Notes: a model not told the origin generated them from the sequence alone. A stretch of 64,000 nucleotides of DNA from Geopsychrobacteraceae bacterium (GCA_963662315.1 OY759353.1:2272001-2336000), one strand, 5' to 3'. Numbered from the stretch's first letter, positions 8,185 to 18,866 are shown. Program-made: numbers and translations.

Positions 8185-10473
8185 GTGACTATGAGTAAGA
8201 AAAAAGATACAGCGGACGCTCCCGCCGACAACCATATGCACAAAGAGATCCTCGGTCTGATCTGGCTGGCCCTCGGTATATTTCTGCTGATCTGCCTGCT
8301 CAGTTACAGCAGCAAGGATCCGTCTTTCAACAACAACCTCAATCCGAAACAGATCAACAACCTGGTCGGGGTTTTCGGCTCACACCTGTCCGATCTGCTC
8401 TATCAGTGTTTTGGTCTGACGGCACTGCTGTGGCCAGCTGGCTGCCTGCATCTGGCCTGGCGCTGGCTGAAATTTAAAGAGGTCCGCTTCCGTCTGGCAC
8501 GTCTGATTGCCTTTCTACTGCTCCAGGTATCACTTGGCGGGCTGCTGGCATTGGAATTATCCAAAGTCAATATTTTTGGCAGTTATATCAACGAAGCCGG
8601 GGGGGCTGTCGGGCGTATTCTCGTACAGTTGCTGGCCCGTTATCTTAATATTGGCGGCGCCGCAATTATCCTCAGTGTTTTCTTTCTGGTCGCCCTGATC
8701 CTGTCCACCCGCTTCTCTCTGGTGCTGTTTATCGATGGTATTCTCGAACGTTTCGGTCGGCGTCTTGAGTTGCGCCACGAAGCCAAACAGGCCAAAACCG
8801 AGTTGCGTCAAAAAGAAAAGAAACAGATCGAAATAAAAGCGCCCCCCATTAGCGAAGAACCCAAACGCATTACTGAGATAAAAACCCTGAAACCGAAAAA
8901 GAAAAGCAAAGCGGCTGAAGAGGTCAATCAGGAAACCTTTTCGTTTCTTGACGCCAGTGGAACCTATCATATGCCGGGTATTACGCTCCTTGACCATGAT
9001 GGTGGCGAACCGAAACCGATTGATCGCGACAGCCTGACCATGGCCGCCCGCATGCTTGAGAAAAAACTGCTCGACTTCGGTGTTGAGGGGGATGTTGTTG
9101 AAGTCAAACCCGGTCCGGTTGTCACCATGTATGAGTTTGCCCCGGCCCCAGGAGTAAAGGTCAACAAGATATCCAACCTTCAGGATGACCTGGCCATGGC
9201 CCTGCAGGCCGTTTCAATCCGTATCGTCGCCCCGATTCCCGGGCGTGGTGTTGTCGGTATTGAGATCCCCAACAAGGACCGCGAAACCGTTTACCTCAAG
9301 GAAATCATCGACTCGGACGACTTTCAGCGTAACGGCGGCAAACTGCCCATGGCGCTGGGGAAAGATATTTTTGGTCAGGTCGTTTGTTCCGATCTGGCAA
9401 AAATGCCTCACCTGCTGGTGGCCGGTTCAACCGGCAGCGGTAAATCGGTGTCCATCAACACCATGATCCTGTCGCTGCTTTACCGTGGTACACCCGAAGA
9501 TGTGCGCCTGATCATGATTGACCCGAAAATGTTGGAACTCTCCATTTATGAGGGGATACCGCACCTGCTGCTGCCGGTTGTGACCAATCCTAAGAAAGCG
9601 TCCCTGGCACTGGCCTGGGCGGTGCGCGAAATGGAGCGCCGCTACAAACTGATGGCCGACAAAAGCGTCCGCAATATCGACGGCTACAATCGCAAACTCG
9701 CTAAAGAGCAAAAAGAGGCCGAAGATCTGCCACCGGTACCGGAAAGCGAAGAACTTCTCGATGATGCCTTTGCCGACATGCCACTGCCAGTGCCAGAACC
9801 GGAAGAAGTCCTGGAACACGGTCATCTGCCCTACATTGTCGTTATCGTCGACGAACTTGCCGACCTGATGATGGTCGCCGGTCGGGAGATTGAGGAGTCG
9901 ATTGCCCGCCTTGCCCAGATGGCCCGTGCCGCTGGCATTCATTTGATTCTCGCTACTCAGCGGCCAAGTGTTGACGTTATCACCGGTCTGATTAAAGCCA
10001 ACTTTCCAACGCGGATTTCCTTTAAGGTATTCTCGCGAACCGATTCTCGAACCATCCTTGATTCCATGGGTGCTGAAGCCCTGCTTGGCATGGGAGACAT
10101 GCTTTTCCTCCCCCCTGGCGTCGGTTATCTGCAACGGGTTCACGGTGCATTTGTCTCTGAGCTTGAAGTACAGCGGGTCGTCGATTTTCTCTCCAAACAG
10201 GGACAACCGGAATATGACAAGACTATTCTACAGGCGCCGCCCGCCTCAGGTAGTGAAAATGGTGAAGAAGAAGAGTACGATGAACGCTGGGACGAAGCTC
10301 TGAAAATTGTTACCGATACTCGCCAGGCTTCTATCTCTATGCTGCAGAGAAGACTGCGGGTCGGCTATAATCGCGCGGCGCGGATGATCGAACGGATGGA
10401 AATGGAAGGAATTGTCGGACCTTCCGATGGTAGTGGCAAACCACGCGAAGTCCTGGCCCGAAAAATTGAATAA
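8185..10473 (+). CDS. ftsK: DNA translocase FtsK
   Basis: N-terminal TM domain, GSTGSGKS Walker A, LATQRPSVDV, C-terminal gamma domain (LQRRLRVGYNRAAR). Confidence 0.96.
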   Translation: MTMSKKKDTADAPADNHMHKEILGLIWLALGIFLLICLLSYSSKDPSFNNNLNPKQINNLVGVFGSHLSDLLYQCFGLTALLWPAGCLHLAWRWLKFKEVRFRLARLIAFLLLQVSLGGLLALELSKVNIFGSYINEAGGAVGRILVQLLARYLNIGGAAIILSVFFLVALILSTRFSLVLFIDGILERFGRRLELRHEAKQAKTELRQKEKKQIEIKAPPISEEPKRITEIKTLKPKKKSKAAEEVNQETFSFLDASGTYHMPGITLLDHDGGEPKPIDRDSLTMAARMLEKKLLDFGVEGDVVEVKPGPVVTMYEFAPAPGVKVNKISNLQDDLAMALQAVSIRIVAPIPGRGVVGIEIPNKDRETVYLKEIIDSDDFQRNGGKLPMALGKDIFGQVVCSDLAKMPHLLVAGSTGSGKSVSINTMILSLLYRGTPEDVRLIMIDPKMLELSIYEGIPHLLLPVVTNPKKASLALAWAVREMERRYKLMADKSVRNIDGYNRKLAKEQKEAEDLPPVPESEELLDDAFADMPLPVPEPEEVLEHGHLPYIVVIVDELADLMMVAGREIEESIARLAQMARAAGIHLILATQRPSVDVITGLIKANFPTRISFKVFSRTDSRTILDSMGAEALLGMGDMLFLPPGVGYLQRVHGAFVSELEVQRVVDFLSKQGQPEYDKTILQAPPASGSENGEEEEYDERWDEALKIVTDTRQASISMLQRRLRVGYNRAARMIERMEMEGIVGPSDGSGKPREVLARKIE

Positions 10474-10500
10474 CCACCCATTTTTTGCCACGTAATCACA

Positions 10501-10544
10501 AAAAGACAAGTCAGTCCGAAATATTTCGACTGACTTGTCTTTTT
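10501..10544 (+). terminator. Intrinsic terminator after ftsK
   Basis: aaaagacaagtcagtc...gactgacttgtcttttt. Confidence 0.8.
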
Positions 10545-10904
10545 GTTTTTCCAATCCTACCCTTATCAGATTCCATTATTGCACTAAAGACAACGTCTCA
10601 ATATCATTAATTATTAACAGAACGACCTTTCTTTCGCCAACAATACATGACGCATAAACTCAGGTTTTTCAATAGGTTAAACTTCTTTTCCGGCATAGAT
10701 TTCTATTGCATACAGGCTATACTTAAGATACCCTCGCACAATATGTGATTTTATGTTCCATATATTAAGGGGATTGCATGTTCCGGCGCTACTTCGCACC
10801 TTTCCATCTCCCGGATCCCCATCAATGACAAACCGTCTTACACACACCGGAAAACGCAAAGGTTCCGGTATTCTGTCACTATGAACTGCATGGGAGAATC
10901 AAGT

Positions 10905-12278
10905 ATGAGAAAGATGTCTGCAACTATTGGCCTCGCTCTTCTTGCTCTGTTGTGGGCAGGAACAGCTCTTGCTACGGATCATTCCTTCATCGAAGGACCT
11001 ATCAACAGTGGACCTGAAGCAACCAAAACCTGTCTGGAATGTCATGAGAATGCTGCTGATCACATTATGAAAACCAGTCATTGGACCTGGGACGCGGAAC
11101 AAACCATCAATGGCATGCAGGTGAAACGTGGCAAAGTGAACGCAGTTAACAACTTCTGTGTTGGCATTCGTTCCAATGAAGCGCGCTGTACCAGTTGCCA
11201 TATTGGCTATGGCTGGAAAGACAGCAGCTTCGACCTGACGGACAGTTCAAAAGTTGATTGCCTGGTCTGTCACGACACCACTGGAAGCTACAAAAAAACT
11301 CCGACTGATGCCGGCATGCCTGATCCTGTCGTCGATCTTCTGTATGTGGCCCGCAATGTTGGTGCCTCCTCACGCCAGACCTGTGGAACCTGCCACTTCT
11401 TTGGCGGCGGCGGTGATGCCGTTAAACACGGGGATCTCGACTCCAGCATGGATTTCCCGGACAGAAATATCGACGTGCATATGAATGCTGATGGCAATAA
11501 CTTCAGTTGTTCAAACTGTCACCAGACAACTGATCACAATATTACCGGCAATGCTATGGTTGTCTCCCCGAAAGGGGAAAATCACATTGGCTGCACCGGC
11601 TGTCATGGTGCCGATGTACATAGCGAATCAATCCTCAACGCTCATACCGACACGGTCGCCTGCCAGACCTGTCACATCCCAACTTTCGCCAAACAGATTC
11701 CGACCAAAACGTCGTGGGACTGGTCCACGGCCGGTCAGAATATCAAGGCCGAAAAGGATAAATACGGCAAGCCGAATTACATGAAGAAAAAAGGAAACTT
11801 CACTTGGGGTAAAAATATTGTCCCGGCCTACTCCTGGTACAATGGCACCGCAGGTGCTTATCAGCTTGGTGACACCATTGACCCAGGTAAAGTAACGCCG
11901 CTGAGCTACCCAATCGGGGATCGTAGCGATAAGGAGTCCAAAATATATCCGTTTAAAATCCATACCGGCAAACAGATTTACGACACCAAAAACATGTACT
12001 TCCTCGTACCAAAAGTTTTTGGAAAAGGCGGCTACTGGGCAACCTTCGATTGGAAGGCTGCGGCAGAAATGGGATCAAAGGCCAACAACCTTGACTTCAG
12101 TGGTGAATTTGGGTTTGCTCCAACCGTCATGTACTGGCGCATCAACCACATGGTATCACCAAAAGAGCAGGCTCTCGGCTGTCTCGACTGCCACGGTGAC
12201 AACGGACGCCTGGATTGGCAGCGCCTTGGCTATAAAGGGGACCCACTTAAACATCCTGAATATGCAAGAACCAGATAA
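10905..12278 (+). CDS. Octaheme c-type cytochrome, tetrathionate reductase (Otr) family
   Basis: Signal peptide; eight CxxCH motifs (CLECH, CTSCH, CLVCH, CGTCH, CSNCH, CTGCH, CQTCH, CLDCH); GK...NNFC and FFGGGGDAVKHGDLD signatures. Confidence 0.9.
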   Translation: MRKMSATIGLALLALLWAGTALATDHSFIEGPINSGPEATKTCLECHENAADHIMKTSHWTWDAEQTINGMQVKRGKVNAVNNFCVGIRSNEARCTSCHIGYGWKDSSFDLTDSSKVDCLVCHDTTGSYKKTPTDAGMPDPVVDLLYVARNVGASSRQTCGTCHFFGGGGDAVKHGDLDSSMDFPDRNIDVHMNADGNNFSCSNCHQTTDHNITGNAMVVSPKGENHIGCTGCHGADVHSESILNAHTDTVACQTCHIPTFAKQIPTKTSWDWSTAGQNIKAEKDKYGKPNYMKKKGNFTWGKNIVPAYSWYNGTAGAYQLGDTIDPGKVTPLSYPIGDRSDKESKIYPFKIHTGKQIYDTKNMYFLVPKVFGKGGYWATFDWKAAAEMGSKANNLDFSGEFGFAPTVMYWRINHMVSPKEQALGCLDCHGDNGRLDWQRLGYKGDPLKHPEYARTR

Positions 12279-12292
12279 CTCCTGCCGAAAGC

Positions 12293-12335
12293 GAGTCTGA
12301 CCGTTCCGCGAACGATTGTCGAAACGGTCAGACTC
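12293..12335 (+). terminator. Hairpin after octaheme cytochrome gene
   Basis: gagtctgaccgtt...aacggtcagactc 13-bp stem, no strong U-tract. Confidence 0.55.
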
Positions 12336-12394
12336 ATGGGTTGTCTCAGATTCAAATTCTTTCTCACCAAGAATCTTCCGTTTTCAACACATCA

Positions 12395-12424
12395 CACGCG
12401 ATATTCCACCACGCGATATTCCAC
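12395..12424. repeat. Perfect 15-bp tandem duplication (cacgcgatattccac x2)
   Basis: Read directly at 12395-12409 and 12410-12424. Confidence 0.9.
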
Positions 12425-12518
12425 AAACTGAGACTTTGCTCTTGTCTCGGTAATTTCCAATGACTATGATACCGATCATAATGTTTCTTAACCATTGCCA
12501 TGAAAGCATTCTTTTTCA

Positions 12519-13037
12519 ATGAATGATAATCAGGATATACTATCTGCTCCAATCCCAAGTAAAAGCTACGACTTGCGTATTTTTCAGGCCTTACGCAGAA
12601 TTATCAGAGCGATTGACATTCATTCACATAAGCTGGCGACTCAGTATAAGATAACCGGACCACAGTTATCCTGCCTGCTGGCCTTAGAAGAACAAGGCAC
12701 TCTGACCAGCGCCAATCTTGCCAAGAAAGTTCACTTGAGTCCCAGCACTGTGGTTGGAATCATCGATCGTCTTGAAGAAAAAAAACTGGCGACCCGTAAA
12801 CGCGCCAGCCTGGACCGACGCCAGGTACATATCTCTATCACCCCAGCCGGAGAACAATTGTTAGCCTCTTCGCCATCGTTACTGGAAGACTCATTATCCT
12901 CAGCTCTCTCGGCGCTACCGGAAACAGAACAAATTGCGATGACCATGGCAATCGAAAAGCTCGTCGATCTGCTTGAAGCTCGGGATATAGGTGCTGCCCC
13001 TATGCTCGAAACCGGATCCCTGACCTCTGATCAATAG
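12519..13037 (+). CDS. MarR-family regulator, EctR/CosR-like
   Basis: IFQALRRIIRAIDIHSHKL...ITGPQL...LSPSTVVGIIDRLE...DRR resembles osmolyte-synthesis repressors EctR/CosR. Confidence 0.85.
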   Translation: MNDNQDILSAPIPSKSYDLRIFQALRRIIRAIDIHSHKLATQYKITGPQLSCLLALEEQGTLTSANLAKKVHLSPSTVVGIIDRLEEKKLATRKRASLDRRQVHISITPAGEQLLASSPSLLEDSLSSALSALPETEQIAMTMAIEKLVDLLEARDIGAAPMLETGSLTSDQ

Positions 13038-13231
13038 CTTCACAAACGACGACTTCGCCTTCTTTCCATCTGGTTTCCCAGCCCTTCGTCAATTGTTATC
13101 AACCGTGCATCACGGTGACTTCCCAGCGAACCTGACAGTTTCTGACACCATATCGATTTATTTTTCTAAGGCCAAGTTCCCGTAAATTGCCAAGCGCAGC
13201 AGGCACTATCCGCTGATGTTTTTACAAAACC

Positions 13232-13277
13232 TTGACCAGGTAAACTATTTTTGCAATAATTATTCGTGTACCAATCA
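13232..13277 (+). promoter_or_regulatory. Sigma70-type promoter of ablAB with an imperfect palindrome directly downstream
   Basis: TTGACC-17nt-AATAAT (13232-13260) followed by TTATTCGT-GT-ACCAATCA (13260-13277). Confidence 0.55.
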
Positions 13278-13458
13278 TTTCACTTCCACAAACAAGTCTT
13301 CCTTAAACTATGATACTCAGCATTATCAAGATCACTGCGTTATCGACCTTTCGTTCCTGGCCACCAAAGGACAGGAGCATTTAATAGCCTCTTGAACTCT
13401 GACGGCAAATAATCCCCTCTTTTATGTGCAGACTATCTCTAATGAATAAGGACAAGAA

Positions 13459-14778
13459 ATGAATTATTTTTCCAACACTCAACATCAAATTGCCGAGCAT
13501 CTGAGTCATGACGACACCTTTAATGCCATCAGGTGGACAGACTGGAAATGGCAACTGAAAAATTCAATCACCTCCGTTGAAATGGTCGAAAAGTTACTGA
13601 ATATTCAACTTGATACTGAGGAAAGAAGAAACGTCGAGCTAACCCTGAAAAAATTCCCATTACGGATAACTCCCTACTATCTTTCATTGATTAATCGCGA
13701 TGATTTCCATAACGATCCGGTTTTCAGACAGGCCTTTCCCGACCCACAGGAACTTGAAATCGAGAAATGTGACATGGCCGATCCGCTAGCGGAGGAAGAT
13801 GACAGCCCGGTCCCCGGCATCACTCACCGCTACCCGGACAGGGTTCTGTTCCATGTCAGTAATGTCTGTGCTATGTACTGCAGACACTGCACACGTAAAC
13901 GCAAAGTCGGGGATATTGACTCCATTCCTGATCGCAGTCAGTTGCAACAAGGGCTGGAATATATCCGCAACACACCGTCGATCAGAGATGTCCTGCTATC
14001 CGGGGGGGATCCATTGATGCTTAATGATGACTACCTTGACTGGTTGTTAACGGAACTTGACAGTATCGAACATGTTCAGGTTGTCCGCATCGGATCTCGA
14101 ATGCCGGTTGTCTTACCGTATCGAATCACCGATGATCTGGTTGCTATACTTAAAAAGCATCATCCCATCTGGCTCAATACTCATTTTAATCATCCTCGGG
14201 AAATGACCAAATCTTCACGTCTGGCGTTACGTAAATTGGCTGATGCAGGTGTTCCATTAGGTAACCAATCTGTACTACTGGCAGGAATCAATGATTGCCA
14301 ACGGATTATCAAAGCCTTGGTCCACAAGTTGGTGGCCAATCGGGTTCGACCCTACTACCTGTATCAGTGCGATTTATCTGAGGGCTTGTCCCATTTCCGC
14401 ACCCCGGTAGGCAAAGGGATCGAAATCATGGAGAGCCTTATCGGCCATACCAGCGGATTTTCCGTCCCCACCTACGTGATTGATGCCCCAGGAGGGGGAG
14501 GCAAGATACCGTTGACACCGAATTACTTGATTTCCCTTTCAACAAACAAGGTTGTTCTGCGCAATTACGAAGGTGTTATTACCACCTATCAGGAGCCGGA
14601 AAGCTACGAAACCAAATTTTGTGATCGCAAATGTGATCACTGTAACCTTCAGCTGATGCTGGAAGACAGCTCCGAATGGGACACCACCGGTATTGAAAGG
14701 CTGCTGTCAGACCATGACCATGTTATCAGTCTGACCCCGGCAGAGAACCAGCGTATGGAGCGTCGCGATGAATCATGA
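13459..14778 (+). CDS. ablA: Lysine 2,3-aminomutase (radical SAM)
   Basis: [20 protein letters not shown] radical-SAM motif, [13 protein letters not shown] lysine, C-terminal CDRKCDHC; adjacent to ablB. Confidence 0.92.
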   Translation: MNYFSNTQHQIAEHLSHDDTFNAIRWTDWKWQLKNSITSVEMVEKLLNIQLDTEERRNVELTLKKFPLRITPYYLSLINRDDFHNDPVFRQAFPDPQELEIEKCDMADPLAEEDDSPVPGITHRYPDRVLFHVSNVCAMYCRHCTRKRKVGDIDSIPDRSQLQQGLEYIRNTPSIRDVLLSGGDPLMLNDDYLDWLLTELDSIEHVQVVRIGSRMPVVLPYRITDDLVAILKKHHPIWLNTHFNHPREMTKSSRLALRKLADAGVPLGNQSVLLAGINDCQRIIKALVHKLVANRVRPYYLYQCDLSEGLSHFRTPVGKGIEIMESLIGHTSGFSVPTYVIDAPGGGGKIPLTPNYLISLSTNKVVLRNYEGVITTYQEPESYETKFCDRKCDHCNLQLMLEDSSEWDTTGIERLLSDHDHVISLTPAENQRMERRDES

Positions 14779-15604
14779 TCAGATTCAAAAGATAGGTAAT
14801 TCTCTTATTCAACATGGTCATGCGAATGATCGGATCTACCTGATGAAACTGGCACAAAATGATGTTTCGGGTATTATTCCAAAGTTAACGCAGCTCGCCC
14901 AAAATCAGGGCTATAGCAAAATCTTTGCTAAAATTCCTGCTTACGCTAAAGATCATTTTCTCCAAAACGGCTTTCAGGTTGAAGCCTCTGTCCCCCGTTT
15001 TTATCAGGCACAAGAAGCAGCTTATTTTATGGGCCGATATTTTCACCCTCAACGTCAAAATGAGGAGCAAAAAAACCGTATCAATAATGTTCTTAAAGAA
15101 GCCCGCCTCAAAGCCGATTCTACTCCTGCTGCGCAACCATCGGCAGGGCTATCCTGCCGCCTGGCTGAAGCGCCGGACTGTACACAGATGGCACAGCTTT
15201 ACCAGAAAGTATTTTCGAGCTATCCGTTTCCTATCCACGACCCGGCTTATTTGCTGAAGACTATGGCTGACAATGTCATCTATGCAGGAGTCTGGCTAAA
15301 AGATGAATTGTTGGCTCTGGCTTCAGCCGAAATTGATCATCAGGGGAAAAATGCAGAAATGACCGACTTTGCCACTCAACCGGATTGTCAAGGTCAGGGG
15401 TTGGCGAATACCCTCATGACCTATCTCGAAAAGGAGATGATTCATCACTCCATTATTACCTGCTACACAATTGCCAGGGCGATCTCTTATGGAATGAATA
15501 TCTGCTTTTCCCGCAATGGTTATCGGTATAGTGGAACGCTGACAAAAAACACCCAGATTTCGGGTGCTCTTGAAAGTATGAATGTCTGGTACAAACATCT
15601 TTAA
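14768..15604 (+). CDS. ablB: Putative beta-lysine N-acetyltransferase
   Basis: [51 protein letters not shown] signatures; overlaps ablA. Confidence 0.9.
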   Translation: MNHDQIQKIGNSLIQHGHANDRIYLMKLAQNDVSGIIPKLTQLAQNQGYSKIFAKIPAYAKDHFLQNGFQVEASVPRFYQAQEAAYFMGRYFHPQRQNEEQKNRINNVLKEARLKADSTPAAQPSAGLSCRLAEAPDCTQMAQLYQKVFSSYPFPIHDPAYLLKTMADNVIYAGVWLKDELLALASAEIDHQGKNAEMTDFATQPDCQGQGLANTLMTYLEKEMIHHSIITCYTIARAISYGMNICFSRNGYRYSGTLTKNTQISGALESMNVWYKHL

Positions 15605-15652
15605 CGGGGCTCTAATGTTCCACCGCTTCTCTTCTGCCAAGGCATCACAAAA

Positions 15653-15674
15653 CCAGACCGCATATGCGGTCTGG
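15653..15674. repeat. Perfect 22-bp palindrome
   Basis: ccagaccgcat|atgcggtctgg. Confidence 0.85.
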
Positions 15675-15828
15675 CTCAGCCAAGTATCCTCTTTTGCCAA
15701 CCACGTTATTTCTCCAATAGATAAGAAACTTGACAGGATTTAAATGCTGGTGTTCAATTGATATATAACCAGACTTTTTATGAACATGCTTAAATATCTG
15801 AACACTTATTGACCAGACAAGGACTCCC

Positions 15829-16887
15829 ATGCCACGTAAAGCACTCCTTGAAGACGAACAGATCATTCGGGAATGTGTTAAGACTCTAGGAAGTATCCCC
15901 GGAGCCAAAACGGAGTTTATGGTACAAAAAGTCGGTGGCCCCTTTGCCGGGGTATTCCGCTTTTCGGGACCGTGGGGAGAGTATTATTACTACCTGAAGG
16001 TCGTCCCAAAACTGAGCCCGGCACTGACCGACCTGGTGATTCACCAGATCAAAACATCTCCGACTCCCAAAAATGCGCATCCGTTACTGCTCAGTCATTA
16101 TATTTCGCCACAACTGGCCGCCAAGTTCAAAGCCAGCGGCATCGAATATGCTGATTGCGCCGGTAACCTGTTACTCAACCATCTGCCACTTTATGTGCAT
16201 ATCAGTGGTCAGAAACATGCCCCTAAAGCTCCGGGAGTTGACCGTTTATTCCGCACTGCCGGTCTCAAACTGATTTATGTCCTGCTGCGCAACCGCCTGA
16301 CCGTTTCCGCCACCTACCGCATGCTGGCTGACGATGCCGGCATTGCATTAGGTGCGATTGGCAGCCTGTTTGGTGAGCTGGAAAAACGCGGCAATATTAT
16401 TCTTGACGAAGCAAACAACCGAACATTGTGCCACATTGAAGAATTATTGCAGCGCTGGCAACTCGGCTATATTGAAACACTGCGCCCCCGCCTGCTTCTG
16501 CAGCGCTGCCGCCAGACCGCCGGGTTTCGGATCGATCAGATTCCAGGACAGATCAGAGAACTGAACAATGGCAAAGACATCCTGATTGGCGGTGAACTCG
16601 GAGCAAGCCTGATGACCAGTGGTTTCGCCCCCGACTCTGCAATTCTTTACCTGTCACCCGAGATTCAGTTAAAGACCATGCTTCAACTCCACCTGACCCC
16701 GGATGCCAGTGGCAATGTTATCTTGATTCAACCATTTGGCCGGCAGTGTCAGTGGAGCGGTCTGCAACCGGAAGGGCTGACATTAGCAGACCCACTGTTA
16801 ACTTTTGCTGAACTTAAAGGTGGCAGTACCGACAACGTTGCGGAAAAACTCTATCGCCAATACTTGCGTCCCCGCTTCGATAGCTGA
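15829..16887 (+). CDS. AbiEi_2-like (type IV TA antitoxin-type) transcriptional regulator
   Basis: YADCAGN, GLKLIYVLL, TYRMLADDAGIALG HTH, LLQRW...LRPRL, GGELGA, PLL motifs. Confidence 0.7.
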   Translation: MPRKALLEDEQIIRECVKTLGSIPGAKTEFMVQKVGGPFAGVFRFSGPWGEYYYYLKVVPKLSPALTDLVIHQIKTSPTPKNAHPLLLSHYISPQLAAKFKASGIEYADCAGNLLLNHLPLYVHISGQKHAPKAPGVDRLFRTAGLKLIYVLLRNRLTVSATYRMLADDAGIALGAIGSLFGELEKRGNIILDEANNRTLCHIEELLQRWQLGYIETLRPRLLLQRCRQTAGFRIDQIPGQIRELNNGKDILIGGELGASLMTSGFAPDSAILYLSPEIQLKTMLQLHLTPDASGNVILIQPFGRQCQWSGLQPEGLTLADPLLTFAELKGGSTDNVAEKLYRQYLRPRFDS

Positions 16888-17066
16888 GTCAACTTGAGCG
16901 TTTTAATATGGCTTGGGGCAATGGCACTTCACCAATAATGGCAATTTTCTTGTTTGAATTAAGATCTTCTCTTGTTCATAAGCCTTGAAACTGTTAAATA
17001 AACAGTGGAAATTATTATCTGTTACATTCCTCGCCACGTATCAGCAGCACGATTTGGATTAGAATC

Positions 17067-18866
17067 ATGCCCTTCGTTCCAGGAATTACCAATATACTCG
17101 ATAGAACCGGTTTCCGTTTGCTGATTCTTGCCGTTCTGGTAGGCGTCGTTGCAGGCTGCGGAGCATTATTTTTCTATTTTGCCACCAACAGCCTGGAGCA
17201 CCTCATGCTCGGTAAGGCTGCTAATTTCCATCCTCCCCTTGAAGGCGCCTCAGAAGATAATTTCAATTATTTCATAGACAGCCTGAGTACACACTATCGC
17301 TGGTTCCTGTTCCTGATTCCTGCCTTGGGGGGACTCTTTTCCGGATGGCTCGTTTATACCTATGCCCCTGAAGCTGAGGGGCACGGAACGGATGGAGCCC
17401 TTGAGGCCTTTCATCGCAGAGGGGGCATCATCCGAAGCCGGGTGCCGGTGATTAAATCCATTGCCTCAATCGTGACCATCGGTACCGGCGGTTCTGCCGG
17501 ACGCGAAGGCCCCATCGCCCAGATCGGCGCCGGATTTGGTTCTTTTGTTGCTACTAAACTAGGGCTTTCGGTCAAGGACCGTAGAATTCTGCTGCTGGCC
17601 GGTATGGCTGCCGGAGTTGGTGCAACCTTTCGCTCTCCTCTTGGTGGAGCACTGTTTGCAGTTGAAGTACTCTATCGTGATCCGGAATTTGAACACGAAG
17701 GACTGATTCCCTGTATTATTTCTTCGATTATCGCCTATTCCCTGTTTGGAGCCGTAACCGGCTGGAAACCGCTGCTGGCGACACCCGATTTCAGCTTTGA
17801 AAGACCCTCCGAGCTACTTCTCTACCTTCTACTTGGAATTGTCTGTGCTCTTTTTGGCGTCTTTTATGTGAAGTTTTTTTACGGAATGCGGTCTCTGTTT
17901 CATAAGATTCCGGTTGCCAATCATTTAAAACCCGCGATCGGAGGCCTGCTTCTGGGCCTCATGGCCCTTTATGTCCCTCAGGTCCTCGGTTCCGGTTACG
18001 GCTGGGTACAGGCTGCCCTGTATGGAAAAATGGCCCTATGGGTTATGCTGCTGATCGCCATTGCGAAAGTGATTGCTACCAGTCTGACCATTTCCTCCGG
18101 AGGTTCAGGAGGGGTTTTTGCACCCAGCCTGGTCATAGGAGCGATGCTCGGGGGGACCTTCGGAGCCACAGCCGATCTGCTTTTTCCGGCCCTGGTTCAA
18201 GATCCACGTGCCTACGTGCTGGTCGGCATGGCTGGTTTTTTTGCCGGGGTAGCCAACGCCCCCATCGCGACACTGATCATGGTCAGCGAATTGACCGGAA
18301 ATTACAGTTTGCTGGCCCCACTAATGCTGGTCTGTGTTGTCGCCATGCTGGTCATGCGTAAAAACACGATTTATGAAAAACAGGTGGCGAATCGCTTTCA
18401 ATCACCTGCCCACATGGGGGATTTCGTTATCGATATTCTTGCCGGAATTAAAGTGGCGGACCTTGCCCCAAAAGGATTTACGCCGATGACCATTCCGGAA
18501 TGGATGCCACTGCCGGAGATACTTAATCGTATCGCCTCCGCCAAAATGGTTTATTATCCGGTTATCAATAGCGATGGCCTGATGACCGGTATCTTCTCGA
18601 TTAACGACATCCGCCGCATTCTCAATGAAGACATCCCCCCGACCCTGGTTATTGCCAATGACATAGCCATCCGCAATGTCATTACGGCCGCTCCCGAAGA
18701 GGATCTGACCTCGGTCATGAAGAAGCTGACGGAACAGAATCTGGAAGAGATTCCGGTTGTTGACAAACGTAATCCCGGTCGCATTCTCTATATGTTATCG
18801 CGTCGCACCCTGCTATCCCACTATGCTGAACGCCTCGAAAAGACCAAAGCCGCCTATAGCGAATAA
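17067..18866 (+). CDS. ClC-family chloride/proton antiporter with C-terminal CBS pair
   Basis: GSAGREGP, GALFAVE, GGVFAP motifs, many TM helices, CBS domains. Confidence 0.92.
   Translation: MPFVPGITNILDRTGFRLLILAVLVGVVAGCGALFFYFATNSLEHLMLGKAANFHPPLEGASEDNFNYFIDSLSTHYRWFLFLIPALGGLFSGWLVYTYAPEAEGHGTDGALEAFHRRGGIIRSRVPVIKSIASIVTIGTGGSAGREGPIAQIGAGFGSFVATKLGLSVKDRRILLLAGMAAGVGATFRSPLGGALFAVEVLYRDPEFEHEGLIPCIISSIIAYSLFGAVTGWKPLLATPDFSFERPSELLLYLLLGIVCALFGVFYVKFFYGMRSLFHKIPVANHLKPAIGGLLLGLMALYVPQVLGSGYGWVQAALYGKMALWVMLLIAIAKVIATSLTISSGGSGGVFAPSLVIGAMLGGTFGATADLLFPALVQDPRAYVLVGMAGFFAGVANAPIATLIMVSELTGNYSLLAPLMLVCVVAMLVMRKNTIYEKQVANRFQSPAHMGDFVIDILAGIKVADLAPKGFTPMTIPEWMPLPEILNRIASAKMVYYPVINSDGLMTGIFSINDIRRILNEDIPPTLVIANDIAIRNVITAAPEEDLTSVMKKLTEQNLEEIPVVDKRNPGRILYMLSRRTLLSHYAERLEKTKAAYSE

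Noticed and set aside
10690..10765. Sigma54 or CRP/FNR-like sites upstream of the octaheme cytochrome
   Set aside because: GG/GC spacing and TGTGA-N6-TCACA spacing do not fit
13459..14778. Assignment as EF-P modification enzyme EpmB or fermentative KamA
   Set aside because: Overlap with an AblB-type acetyltransferase and absence of efp/epmA or lysine-fermentation genes favour AblA
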